In this document: piece after piece, positions 1-11,843 of the stretch
Position numbering within the stretch: the stretch's first letter is position 1
How the letters are laid out: each line of letters opens with the position of its first letter
From: Eutreptiella sp. 'Long Island Sound 2002'
Lineage: Eukaryota; Protista; Euglenida
Direction of reading: 5' to 3'
Assembly (NCBI GenBank): GCA_964036045.1
Contig: OZ038378.1
Span: 167,400,001-167,464,000 of the forward strand
DNA: 64,000 bases
Notes under the pieces: generated by a model
Database searches by the model: none
What the model was told of the DNA's origin: nothing
The model's input: only the letters and a program-made list of their open reading frames with translations
Made by a program: the position numbers and the translations under genes

Positions 1-1302
1 CTGATCTGACCGCTAATCATCTGCAATCTTTCTATTCAATCCCTCTATCACGTTCTATCTTTGTTAGCGCTGCTACAAGGCTCGTTCACGGAGACACGAG
101 ACGAGCAATGTGTATGCGGCATGCGAGACGAACATACCTGTAGTTTATACCTGATTCATTGAAGTCTTTTCGTTCATTTTCAAATTCTTGAATTTTTGAA
201 GCTTCTATTAGTGTGGGTGGAATCTGTATGTTTATTTATTAATGTGTGTCTCGTCATTTTCAAGACTACGTGAGACATATGTTTATAATTCCATTATTTC
301 TCCATTTTCCGGCGCTTCGCTAGGAGCCGCTCCTGCGCGCCGCCATTTTATGCGTATGAATTTCTGGATTTAAAAAATCCAGAGATGACTATAATTTCTA
401 TAAAAATGTGCTTCTGATGCACAATTGGATTCTGCTCAGGTGTGTCGTTTCAGAAAAATTCTACGCCGTCATTTGACGGATTTTGGTGTCGTCGCTTCGT
501 TTTTGCGTGGATTCGTCCATAATTCTCCCATTCCTGCCTCTGCAGATACCCACGCGCAGCCTCGCTGAGTAGGCCGTGTTCGGGCCGAAACGCAGGTGCC
601 TGGAGAGACTGAGCAGAACCAAGACCCCACCAAGGGGCAATTTTAATTTTCTTTCGACTCCCTTCGCCCTAAGACAGGTCACAGGTCGCCAGCAGGTTTA
701 CGAGAACCCATGCGAGTGTGTATAATGTGTCTTGCGTTTGGGTTGTGTCGACGCTGCGTCTTGGAGGGAGGGATGCATATGCACATGTTTGGCATGCTCC
801 CATTCTAACCCAACCAAGCCACAGGAGCCCCGGCAGCGCCATGAGCGCTGAGTCTTCTGGAGGATATGTTACATACAAAGCAGCAAAAGAGCGCCAGCCA
901 TGGTGAGCGCCCATTTTTCAGTGTGAGGGAAACTGTAGGTATTTTGAAGTAGATGTGGAAACCAAGGAAAGGCCAAGAAAAATTCCCTTTTTCCTAAAAT
1001 GCGACAGTGGTGGCCACCACAGCACAAGGGGGGAGTAAGAAAAAGTGCTTTTCCATTGCTTTGAGGCATACTCTAGTTGTATTAGAGATGCACTGAGCAT
1101 CCATGCATTTTAATCTTAGTATTGGTCCAACCAAAACTGGTGAAAACACATTTTGACCTATGGAACCAAACACCCAATCAGGATATGGAGTGGACCCCTT
1201 AATCCCCTTTCAATGTGAAGTAAAACATCTTTTCCTGAGTTGACTGAGCACTGACATACCTAAAGTAGAGCCTATGAATTTATCTATGTTTTTCCATGAA
1301 TT

Positions 1303-1390
1303 CTTAGCTATCCTAGTGGTTTGCACACTAGGGGGCTGGGCACCTCTTTTTGAGAGGTCCTGGGTTCAATTCCTGGTCAGCCTAGCTAAG
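1303..1390 (+). other. tRNA-like / SINE-head-like sequence (degenerate)
   Basis: B-box/T-loop match GGTTCAATTCC at 1363-1373 in the tRNA-like context GAGAGGTCCTGGGTTCAATTCCTGG. An A-box-like TAGTGGTT lies at 1314-1321. CTTAGCTA (1303-1310) can pair with TAGCTAAG (1383-1390). I could not build a clean cloverleaf. Confidence 0.25.
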
Positions 1391-1854
1391 TAGGAAGATC
1401 CCATGTGACATGGCAGTGACCTCATCGCCACATACCATGCCACCTCAGCACATATGGGACCCAAAACAAAGAGTGCACATCTCCTAAGATGGCACTATGG
1501 AGAGAGAGTGATCCTGAGGCAGTTTTCTAACTCTTTTCCCAAAACATTTCAGCTATCTTTGTGAATATGCATTCATTTGTGACCTGAGTTGCAGTTTCTG
1601 TGAATATCCAATCATCTTTCACTGTTTACACTGCAGCCCTTCATGCTTTGATCCTGAATCCTCTTCTCTTTGCATACTATTGGCTTGGGCTATCCTGGAG
1701 TGACTTGGAGTGACTGTATTTCATCAAAACCAAAGCTTTTCATCTCCAAAAACAAGCAGCAGGAATCCCTACACCAACAGCAAGCAGCAGGAGAGGCAAA
1801 ACACAGTGCTGAAAACACTATAAACTTTTCTATGGGCTTTGGGTGATTAGTTTT

Positions 1855-2995
1855 TCTTCTTAATGGGCTCTACATCTGTCTTGATAAGCTCCGGATGGTT
1901 AGCATTGTTTCATGATGGGCTCCGGATGGTTAACTTTTTTTCCTGATGGTTTGTGGATGGTTATTATTGTTTCATGATGGGTTGTGGATGGTTAATGTTG
2001 TTTCATGATGCCCGGTGGATGGTTGCTGTTGTTTCCTAATTTGCTTTCAATGGTTACTGTTCTTTCCTCATGGCTCCTGAATGGTTGCTGTGGTTTCGTG
2101 ATTGGCTGTGGACGGTCACTATTGTTTCCTCTTGGGATGTCGATAGTTATTGTTTGTTCCCCGGCGGGCTCCGGATGGTTAATGCTGTATTATGATGGGC
2201 TCTAGTGGGTTGTTGTTGTTTTGTGATGGGCCGTGGATGTTCTGTCGTAATCGGCACCGGATGGGTATTGTTGTTTTCTCATGGGCTCTGGCTGGTTATG
2301 GTTGTTTCTCGATGGGTTGTGGCTGGTTCTTGTTGTATCCTAATGGGTACTGAATGGTTAGTGTTGTTTCTTAATGGGCCCTGGATGGTTGCTGTTGTTT
2401 CCAAGCGGGCTCTGGGCGGTTGCTGTTGATTCGTGATGGGCTCTGGATGGTTGTTGTTTTTTCGTGATGAGCCTTGGTTGGTTAATATTGTTTCCTAATG
2501 GGCTGTGGATAGTTACTATTGTTACCTGATGGGCTCTGAATGGTTGATGTTGTTTTCCAATGGGCTCTGCATGGCTACGGTTGTTCGCTGATTGGCTGTG
2601 GATGGCTTGTGTTGCTTTCTCATGGGCTCTAGATGGTTGCTGTTGCTTCTTGATGGGATGTGGCTGGTTCTCGCTGTATCCTAATGTGTACTGGATGGTT
2701 AGTGTTGTTTGTTAATGGGCTCTGGATGGGTGCTATTGTTTCCTAGCGGGCTGTGGACGGCTGCTGTTGTTTCGCGATGGGCTGTGGATGGTTGCTGTTG
2801 TTTCGTGTCTAGCTCTAAATGGGTAATGTTGCTTTCTACTCGGCTCCGCATGTTTACTATTGTTACCCGATGTGCTTTGAATGGTTGATGTTGCTTGCCC
2901 ATGGGCTCTGGATGATTACGGTTGTTCGCTGATGGGCTCTGGATGGTTTTTGCTGTTTGTGATGGGCTCTGGATGGTTGCTGTTGTTTCCTAATG
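1855..2995 (+). repeat. Degenerate ~31-bp tandem minisatellite (consensus ~TGATGGGCTCTGGATGGTTGCTGTTGTTTCC)
   Basis: GGATGGTT recurs at 1893, 1924, 1955 and 1986 (31-bp period) and continues with drift to about 2990. The hydrophobic ORFs here are by-products of the repeat. Confidence 0.85.
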
Positions 2996-5900
2996 TCACC
3001 GCTCTGCATAACAGCATGTCATGGAAAAGCATCCGAAGGCACCTCATTGGTGCCGAGGATCTGAATGATGTTGATTATCTGTACGTAGATGTGGCCAGTG
3101 CCTAGGCTGCCACACCTCGACGGTATACGAAACATAAAGGTCGGAAGATCCCATAACGCAAACGAGGCACACACAAGGATAGGGAGGTAAAGGTGCTGTT
3201 TGACGGAGGTTTAGATGTTTTGGTTGAGTTGGATGACAATAGTGGCGATTTTGCATGAGACTGCAGCTCAGTTGAATCTACAGTAGTAGTAGCAATGTGA
3301 GTTGCTCCTCAGATGATAGTGACTGTGATTGAAACAACATGCTTGGACGTTACCTGTCTGTGAAGCCTTTTTTTTTTCAGTCACTGGTTCTATCCTCAAT
3401 TAGTGCCCTAAAGGTTTTGATGAAATCCTGCAGGTTTTTGGAGTTGGAAAACATGACGACAGCGGCAAGTAGAGCATGAACAGGATATGGATCGAATCAA
3501 TGAATAGTTTTGAAATCCAATGTATCACAGAAGGGCTGCAGAAAGACAAAGTATAATTAAGTACAAAGATTCAATCACAAATGGACAAAACAAACGATTT
3601 TTATATGGAAAACGGACATAAGTCTGGCCTCAAAAACAGTCCCAAGCACCTCATGTGTACCTATTGACATGCAATGGAGTAGGTTAGGAATTTGGGGCAT
3701 GTAGGTTGGGCCAAACACAGGATATGGCTTGGCCAGCATGGCCAAGCAACTGAATTCAGAATCATTTAAAAAGTAGGATCACCATAAGTAGGAAAAACAA
3801 TTGAGTATAGGGGTCCTGAGGTGGGAGACCACTAGGCTTAACCAACAAGGCCCAAGGCATGGAATGCCTATTTTATTTCGGTATAACCTCCATGAAGGAA
3901 GATACCTCCGCTCACTTGAGTGGTAGGGGTGAACTTCATGGGAGACTAGGGTTATAACCCTAGTTGCTTTGAAAAATGTACTAAAAGCCTCAAAAAGAGT
4001 GATTAAAATGATTAAGTGTTAGTCTTCAAAACTTACCAAGGTTTAGGGGGGGCTTGGCCTGAATCAAGTACCCCAAGAAAGACATGGCAGTGACTTTTTC
4101 TTACTACTCCTCATTCGTCAGTCACTGAGGACGGGGGGAGGGGGGCCGCTATGTGCAGCCATGAAAGGCAGGGGCGCCATAGCCATTTTTGATTTTGTCC
4201 CAAGCTCGGAAGTTTCAAATTCATAACCGAAAGTGTCCGAAAAAGAACACATGCACATGACGGAAAGTCACCATTCCGGGCTGGTTTTATGACACCAATG
4301 ATACATGTGTCTTGAAATTGGAGTTTGTAAGAAAGTGTGTTTCTATGAAAAACAAACTAAGTAAAAAGAAAACTAAGCATTGTCTTGAGGCTGAGAAAGA
4401 CCGAATGTTATTAGCATACATGTGCAGAGTGCAACATACCTGGATAAACCACGAGGAACACGTAACAGCGGGCCTGCTGGGAGGGACGGAGGGATCCCAA
4501 CATAGATGGGTTGAAACAATTGCCTCATCACGTGGATCATTGGAGCTAAAGTTCGGCGCATCAAACCAAACAACGCTGTGCACCAAGAGCAATGCCAACA
4601 AAACGACCATGTCTATGTGGGTAAAATACGACCTCACTGTACCAAAGCTGAACAACGTTTGGAGTTCGATGTGTATGCTCAAATGGTGTAGTCAACCGTG
4701 GAAAATAGTTGGAGCGCGCATGGCAGTCAAATACGTGCCTGCTTATATAACTTCTCTGCAACACCATGCTAATGTTTTGGATCTTTTTTCTTGCACCATA
4801 TTTTGAACTGTCCTCCCCGTCGCTCTCTGCCCATTTCGCATGACCTCCAAGCTTTGCTGCCCATTGTACTTTTGCTTTGTTCCTTTCTACGGCGACCACA
4901 ACCTTTTGTAAAATCATTATTTTGCCCAATAAGATTATCCCCCAACGGATTTTTTTATTCTGAGGCCTATACCCCCTAAAACTAGATACCACTTTTTTGA
5001 GGGGGGGGGTCAAAAGTTTTCACTCAGAAGGCTCCAAGCAGTGGGGAAGTGGATCGCTATCACACAACCACCTCACACCTAGCACACTAATTTGGAATCA
5101 AGTATCCCAACTTTATCCCCAGTTTTGCCCTACCCTTATCCCGAGCTTTGCCGTACCCGAGAGAAAGCCCCGAAGCAAACTAGAAAAAACACCAAAGATT
5201 TCCCCTTTGAGCACACAGCATAAGAACAAAGATATAAATTGCACGCGTTTAACACATATGATATGTAGTTTTGCTCCCACAAATGCATGGGTCAATACAC
5301 TCAGCAAAAAAAAATCCAATGCATTCAACACAACATGCGGCGGTGTGCTTCCGGGGGCACAATATGCAATTGTGATGTTCATCAAGTATAGTTATGCCAC
5401 AATTTGCATTTTCACCATATTTCGTTCCACTGCTTCCGACTTGATTGATGCATTATTTGGCATTCCACAATGGGTCGAGAGCAAAAACACACAACATCCA
5501 ATATCATGCCTTGGGGTATGCTACGCGAATGACCCCAAAAAAAGGGGGTATACGACGCCTGCGCCTGCGCTTGATCTAACAACCTCTCTTCGAGGTGATT
5601 TCGCCAATGGCATCTTCCAATTAAGAAGCTTTTATGCGGTTGGGGCTATCGGTCATGCTCAAATGATTGGTCATCATAAATGAGATGCCCATCATTCTTC
5701 ATGCCCCCCCCCCCCCCAAATCTAACGTTGTTGGCACCGAACGCATGCTCACTTCGACATTGCAACAAAAAATCTAGACAGCAAGGAAAACAAAATATGA
5801 AAAAAGTCATGCAAATCATGTGGAGAGGCAAGGGTTGCATGGAAAAACTACACCCGTGAATACTGGGTTCAGGATTTTGCAGCTGCTTACCATTTCTTGC

Positions 5901-7333
5901 ACTGGGTGACATCCAAGAAAAATGAGGAGCACCGGACTTTTTTTGAAAAAGATAGCATCCCATGGGCAAGGTTGAGGTCCACTGAACACTCTCCAAAGGA
6001 CGTTTGGTAGCCTCATTTTCCCTCGGGAGCCCAATGGGAGGCATAGTTATTGCCATACAATTGAGAATTCAAAAGGCAGCCGTTCCAGTTTTGGGCAATC
6101 CATTTTGCACATGCTGCACTTTTCTTTGACTTCATGGAGTTGGCACACAGGGTCAACACTAATATGCATAGAGAGAAACCTGCAGTGAAACCCAAACACA
6201 GTTGGGGGTCACTGTTGGCAGCAATGGGACGAAATCCAAATCTCATCTGGATTTTTGCCAGGCCCACCACCACTGACGGGCAACTTGCCAGCGCATCCAA
6301 CATGCTGAACAGACACAAAGCCAATGCGTGAAAACACAATAATGCATCAGTGGAGAAATCACATACAATGATGCCCTGGTAGAAACATCAGTCATGCAAA
6401 CACAGACCTGGGCTGCTACAGCACTTGTAGCAATTTACAGGATCACACCCCAAACTAGTTTAGGGCTCATTTCCTTCACGAACTCAAAGAAGTCAAAGGC
6501 TTAGTGGTTATACAGGCCGCCGCCGGTCTGGCGAACACAAACCTGCATTCTGTGCCAGGAATACTGGATGTTGAGACAACTGCACGAAAGTGAACATCCA
6601 TTACAGAGAGGGGTAATAAACTTCCTAGATGACAGAGCGTATTCTGTGGTGCGCTAATGTACTGCTCCGTTGACGTTTTGTGCATTAGGGTTACAAGGAT
6701 ATGTGTGAATGCATGCGTGGATATCCATGTGTGACACAGTAAAGCTGCCTGTGAGAAGGGGCGTCATGCAGATCATGGAATACTTGTACATGAGGGGCGT
6801 AGAGGACAACGTCTAAGCTCTTACTGACAGTGCCAACAGATGGACATTGAACCTGACTGACTGAATATCCAGTGGCTCTTTGTGTGTGTTTTTGCTGGGT
6901 CGCTGTGTCACACATGGCTCATGCACACACATGGAACAAACAAGAGGTTTTCGCGGGCCACGCACGGTGCAGGCAGGCCGCGGAGAAAAAAAACGAAAGT
7001 AGATATCGTACCAGAGCCCCCCTCCCCCCCCCTGAATAAACCAAGCACATTGCATGCTTGTCCCATGCCGTGGTTCATTATGTTCCAGACAAGTCGCAAC
7101 CATCGATCCAACTGGGCGGTCAACGGGCGGCAGGTCTGCAGGTGGTTACCAGCTGCGCCGCACGGCCGCAAATCATTTGGAAAAAAAAACCGTACAAACC
7201 GTCCTTTTTTGTGATGTGAAAAATGGGGCATTGTGCGAAGGTGCAGTCTGCTCACTCGCCACCACTTGGTCATCACGGAGAGAAAGCGATGACCAACTCG
7301 TGATGCTGAGCTTGGATGTATCGTGCAGGGCGC

Positions 7334-9445
7334 CTACAGCATTCCCTTGGCTTTCTCGATCTTATCCTTCACTTCCTGCCGCTGCATGGGTTTGGGAACG
7401 GTCGTCTTTTCCGCCTTGTCCAAAAGCGGGTTTGCACAGCTTCCGATGTACTCGACGGACATGGTGTACCCTGTGGGAAGGTTCTTGTCGTCCTCTGCAC
7501 TGAAATGCACGCAGTAAGGCAGGTTGTCACGGTAGTATTGCTGGTGCAGGGTCAACACGTAGTGGCCAGGCGTGACGGGGACGGTTTTAATCGTCTCGAA
7601 GCGAGACTTGGACTTCACCGAAGTCAGCTCCAGGCGATTGGTGTCGACGAACTTCTGGTCGCCGTTTCCGGGATACCCGTCTTGGTTGTCGGACGTGCAA
7701 GGCTGCAGGGCCCGCTCCTGCTGGCGGTAAAACTCGATCTCCATTTCCCGCGGCATCGCGGACATGTAGTCCTCTTTGGGCTGGGAAACGTACATTCTCA
7801 ACGTGTACGTCGGCCCCTTCGGCTCATCGTCGTCGGACAGATACAGATCGTCCTCCCTCGCCAGGTCCTGCTTCACGGCCGCAAAACTGTACGCCACGTC
7901 GTTCTCGGCCTTGCGGTCCGACTCCGCGGCGTTTGTCGCCTCTTCCTCGGCCACGGCATTCTGGGCTTCAGGTTGCAATCCGTTCTGGGCCGACGCTGGG
8001 TCCACCACGGTGATGAGGTATTGGTGGGCGTGGAAACAAAGCAGATCCTCCGATCCGGGGGACTTCAACAGGTCGTTGAACATGTCCGGGGCTCCGGCGA
8101 ATTTGTCGACCAGCAGCAAAGTGTTAAACTGCCGGACGAAATCATCGATCTTCATCCAAGTCACGAAGTCGTCGGGTCCCTTGTAGCCTAGGGCCTCCTT
8201 CGTTTCCTTAGTCCACATTTTCGATCCGTCGGCCCACTCCCCGACCCAATCGATCTGCCCATAGGCGTTGCGCATCTTCACCAGCTGTGTCCCCTGGTTC
8301 GGTCCGGGTCCGACGAACTCGTACGTCAGCAACACGGTGCACGCGGTCGCGTTCCACTCGTAGTACATTTCCTCCCGCCGAAGAGACCCGTCAAGGTCAT
8401 CCCCGAAGTGAGGCAGATTGCGGTAACCGTCCCCGGGACCCTCGTCATCTTCTTCCCGATCCAGGAAGACGGTGGAAATCATCAACCCGTTTCTGGTGTA
8501 CTCCATCAGAAGCCACCAAACCAGGCAAGTCGTTTGGATGGACACCTGTTCCACGTCCCAATTGATCAGCTTGCAACGGCCACCTGTCAAGTGCCTGACA
8601 GCGTCCCAGGTATCGCCCGTGTGCAACAAGCAGTAAGAGCCCAGGAACTTGGCGTACGCTTTCTCGAGCAGAAGACTCCAGATTTCGCTGTCTTCAATGG
8701 TCTTCCCGATAACTGGTATATGGTCCACCGCACAGGGAATTTGGTCGTCAACGGTCACACACCTCCAGCCCTGTATGCTGGGATCCTTCGTGTCGATGTG
8801 GTAAAACTGGAAAGTGTACAGGCCAACATCACGGCCTTCGGTCGAGACGAAGAGGCGCTGGAAGGCTTCCTTTTTCATTGCAACCATACTCACTGCCGTC
8901 CAAAAGTAGCCATCTTCAAAAATACCCTCTCTAAACTTTGGCAAGTAGGGAACACCCCATGGCTCAGGTCGTGTGCCCTGGGGAACATTTGCCAACAGCT
9001 TGTTTCCACTTACGAAGAGGGAGAAATGAGGTGCAAGGTGGTGGGGCCGACGGTAAACGTAGACAAGGTTCAGAATGTCCCTGAGAGCGTCCATACGTTG
9101 CATTCTTTGTTCTTGTCGTGCCTGGACTTCGGCTTCTTTCTTCTTCATCTCCCTCTCACTCACAATCTTTGTGGATATCTGCTGGGGAACTACAGTCTCT
9201 GGGAGTTCGAGGGGTGTCTGCTCGGCGTCAACAAATACCTTCTGCGCTTCGCGGCACAACTGTACAACTTGGCCAGTGAATTCTTCACTGGCAAGCATGT
9301 ACTCTGGAAGCTCACCATCAACCGCAAAACGGCTGAACGTCAACTCACGGACGTTTATGCCGAAAGAATTGGTTTCATCATAGTCGATGACAACCACAGG
9401 AGACGCAGATGGGGAGTCCACATCGTCGATTATGAGGGCGGTCAT
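7334..9445 (-). CDS. Calpain-like protein (CysPc domain plus domain III), predicted catalytically inactive; intronless, 703 aa
   Basis: Calpain motifs WRCVTVDDQIPC, IWSLLLEKAYAKFLGSY, AVRHLTGG and LVKMRNAYGQIDWVGEWADGSKMW. The catalytic-Cys region reads EGIFEDGYF (canonical QGxLGDCW) and the His region reads TACTV (canonical HAYSV). A T-rich tract ending in GCAG lies upstream of the ATG. Confidence 0.92.
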   Translation of the reverse strand: MTALIIDDVDSPSASPVVVIDYDETNSFGINVRELTFSRFAVDGELPEYMLASEEFTGQVVQLCREAQKVFVDAEQTPLELPETVVPQQISTKIVSEREMKKKEAEVQARQEQRMQRMDALRDILNLVYVYRRPHHLAPHFSLFVSGNKLLANVPQGTRPEPWGVPYLPKFREGIFEDGYFWTAVSMVAMKKEAFQRLFVSTEGRDVGLYTFQFYHIDTKDPSIQGWRCVTVDDQIPCAVDHIPVIGKTIEDSEIWSLLLEKAYAKFLGSYCLLHTGDTWDAVRHLTGGRCKLINWDVEQVSIQTTCLVWWLLMEYTRNGLMISTVFLDREEDDEGPGDGYRNLPHFGDDLDGSLRREEMYYEWNATACTVLLTYEFVGPGPNQGTQLVKMRNAYGQIDWVGEWADGSKMWTKETKEALGYKGPDDFVTWMKIDDFVRQFNTLLLVDKFAGAPDMFNDLLKSPGSEDLLCFHAHQYLITVVDPASAQNGLQPEAQNAVAEEEATNAAESDRKAENDVAYSFAAVKQDLAREDDLYLSDDDEPKGPTYTLRMYVSQPKEDYMSAMPREMEIEFYRQQERALQPCTSDNQDGYPGNGDQKFVDTNRLELTSVKSKSRFETIKTVPVTPGHYVLTLHQQYYRDNLPYCVHFSAEDDKNLPTGYTMSVEYIGSCANPLLDKAEKTTVPKPMQRQEVKDKIEKAKGML

Positions 9446-11843
9446 TTTGAGAACTGCGCACCACCTTACAGCATCTGCAAAAAATAGACTTCAAGCAACA
9501 CCTTGACTTAACACGCACATAACAGCAAGTATGTTCGGCTGGGACAAATGAAAGTTTTTGGTGTGCTTGGTTTCACCGGGGTCACTCAAAACATTCAATG
9601 GTTTTCGGATGATTGGCGAGACGAAAGCTTGTCAACTGACCTCGTGTTCTTGGAAGATTGCTAAACCTTACTTGCAGACAAGCAAAAGAAAGCAATCATG
9701 CGTGCGCCACAGTGGTGCTCTTTGCGCGATCTCACCACGCCAGTTGTTATTTGTCCCCATTTGAGGCTTTCTGCAGTGACAATTCTTCAGCTACCATGGC
9801 CTGTGTTTTATCCTGGTTTGGCCATCGCCAAGCTTGAAGACCACTCACCAGGAGACACAACGCGGTTTGACAGTGCATCACTCGGTTTAATTTCAGAACT
9901 TTACTACGCTCAAGACCACCGTACATGTAGCCACATGACACAAGACTGCGGAATCGGGACTTGAAATGTCAACTTGCAGACTGGGGCAGGCTGGCCCAAA
10001 TTTGTGGTAAAGTCGGCATCGGGTGTGGCAGGACGCATAAAGTCAGCTCAAAGATTCCAGGTTCCGGCGAGTGTGAAACAACTCGAAAGCAAATCGAACG
10101 CTCCCTGTGAAGTAAATATTGGCGTCCATGGTGCACCTGAATTATAGTGCAGGTTAGAAAGGCAGAATGAAAGGCATGTGTTGAGATTGAATCCGAAAGC
10201 AATACAGATGCAAACCGAAAGGTACCAAGTGTGAGGTCTATACCAAGTGTGAGGAACCACTTGAGGCTCAAGTTGAGCAGGAGTGAGATTTTCAGAATCG
10301 TTTGTCACGCGCGCGCTGCACTGAAACCAAGGCCTGGAAGTTTTGAGAAAAATCTTTGAGCCGCTCTTAGCATGCAACCTGTGACGGTAGTCTTTTGGTT
10401 CTGATCAAGTTTTTGTACCGGACTCCATTGGGTAAAAAAGAAGACGCTTTCTTACATCATTCTTCCCGTGTGACGGCAACAACATGGCGAGGGGTATATC
10501 GAGCCATGCGCAGCAAACAAACGATAGGAAATCTGATAACGCAAAATACACCACTACACCGTACAAAACTGCCAACACCACTATCCCCTTGCCCCCCGGT
10601 GACTTGTACCATCTACTTGGTAGACACGGGAAAGTGGTCTTTTCGAAAATGGGTCTCAGATTTTTCTGCTCTCGAGCGTATTGTGACCTATTTTCGTAAT
10701 CGGTGAAGCATGCCGGTTCTCAATGAGGCAGCTTGTTTCATTTTTCAACCGAAAACAGCCTTTTTGGGTAATGACATCATCCTTAACATTACCATCCAAA
10801 TAAGCACATAGCTCGTCAAAACATTGATCCCGAAGAAATTTTGAGGTTCCCCATTGATGGCACAATTCGAAGGCAATTTTGTTGACGTTGACACCATTTT
10901 CTTTGTCACAACCATCAGTGTTGGGTTGCGGCACTCTTAGTGTGATGTCTGTTGACATTTATTTGTCCTTTGTCTTTGATATGACGCAGCAATGCAGCAA
11001 GCATTCGGCGTCTGAGAATGGCAAGCGCTGCAACCATTGAGCATCCATGGGCCCTCGACAAGCTACATTCCACGTCATCCTCAGTTGCTTAGTATCCGTT
11101 GCACCCTTGCACGTGTGTGTGCATGTGTGTCGTGTATTCATGTGTGATGTTCTCGTCCCGCACGCATTTTGGGGCCCATTTGACAAAGCATTTGACACGA
11201 TCCCATCATCAAAGTACGGTCTGGATTGCCATAGTAGGGCTTGGGTTGAGGTTAATGCCCCTACTCCTTTATTTCTTTGTGTGCCGCAAAATTTTCCTTG
11301 ATGGTCTGATAAAGTGTTCTTTTTGAGAGTGGGTCTCATGATTTTTTCCCCAGGAATGGCCCTAATGAAAGTGGTTCTTACAATATTTTTTCCCGGGAAT
11401 ACCCCCGGTATAGAGTGCCAGTTGCCGTGCAGTCACGGTGGTGTGCAGTCACGGGGGGTAGAGTACACACGAACACATCGATGAGTGGTTTACTCACCAC
11501 ACGTGATTTGTTGCACAAGGAGGGTGCATGAGTGTGGTGATGTCTTCCGAAAAATTCATCCGGCGAGGAACGATGGCATAAGGTAAAAGCCCTTAGTGTG
11601 TCGGAGAAATTAGTCTTCGGACTAAGGGCCAGCCTTCATGCTTTGTGTGCTCCCGTTACACAAGCCCACCTACGACGCGGGACCTAGCAAGAAAGTCCGC
11701 ATGGTTTGTTTGATTTTCTATGACAATCGGCGCTCCATTTGATTCATTCCTCGTCGGGGCGCTCTTTCCCTAACATCATCACGTGCGGATGTTGTCTAGT
11801 GCAAAGTTTTCTCGGCGATAATTTTCTCCATTTCTAGGTCTTG

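Noticed and set aside
364-382. Hairpin CTGGATTT-AAA-AAATCCAG as a terminator
   Set aside because: A short AT-rich stem not linked to any gene. Intrinsic terminators are not expected in this eukaryotic context.
8408-9487. 359-aa plus-strand ORF and other antisense ORFs over the calpain, ART (28556-29572) and ankyrin (33268-34356) exons
   Set aside because: These are shadow frames of codon-biased genes with no recognisable motifs.
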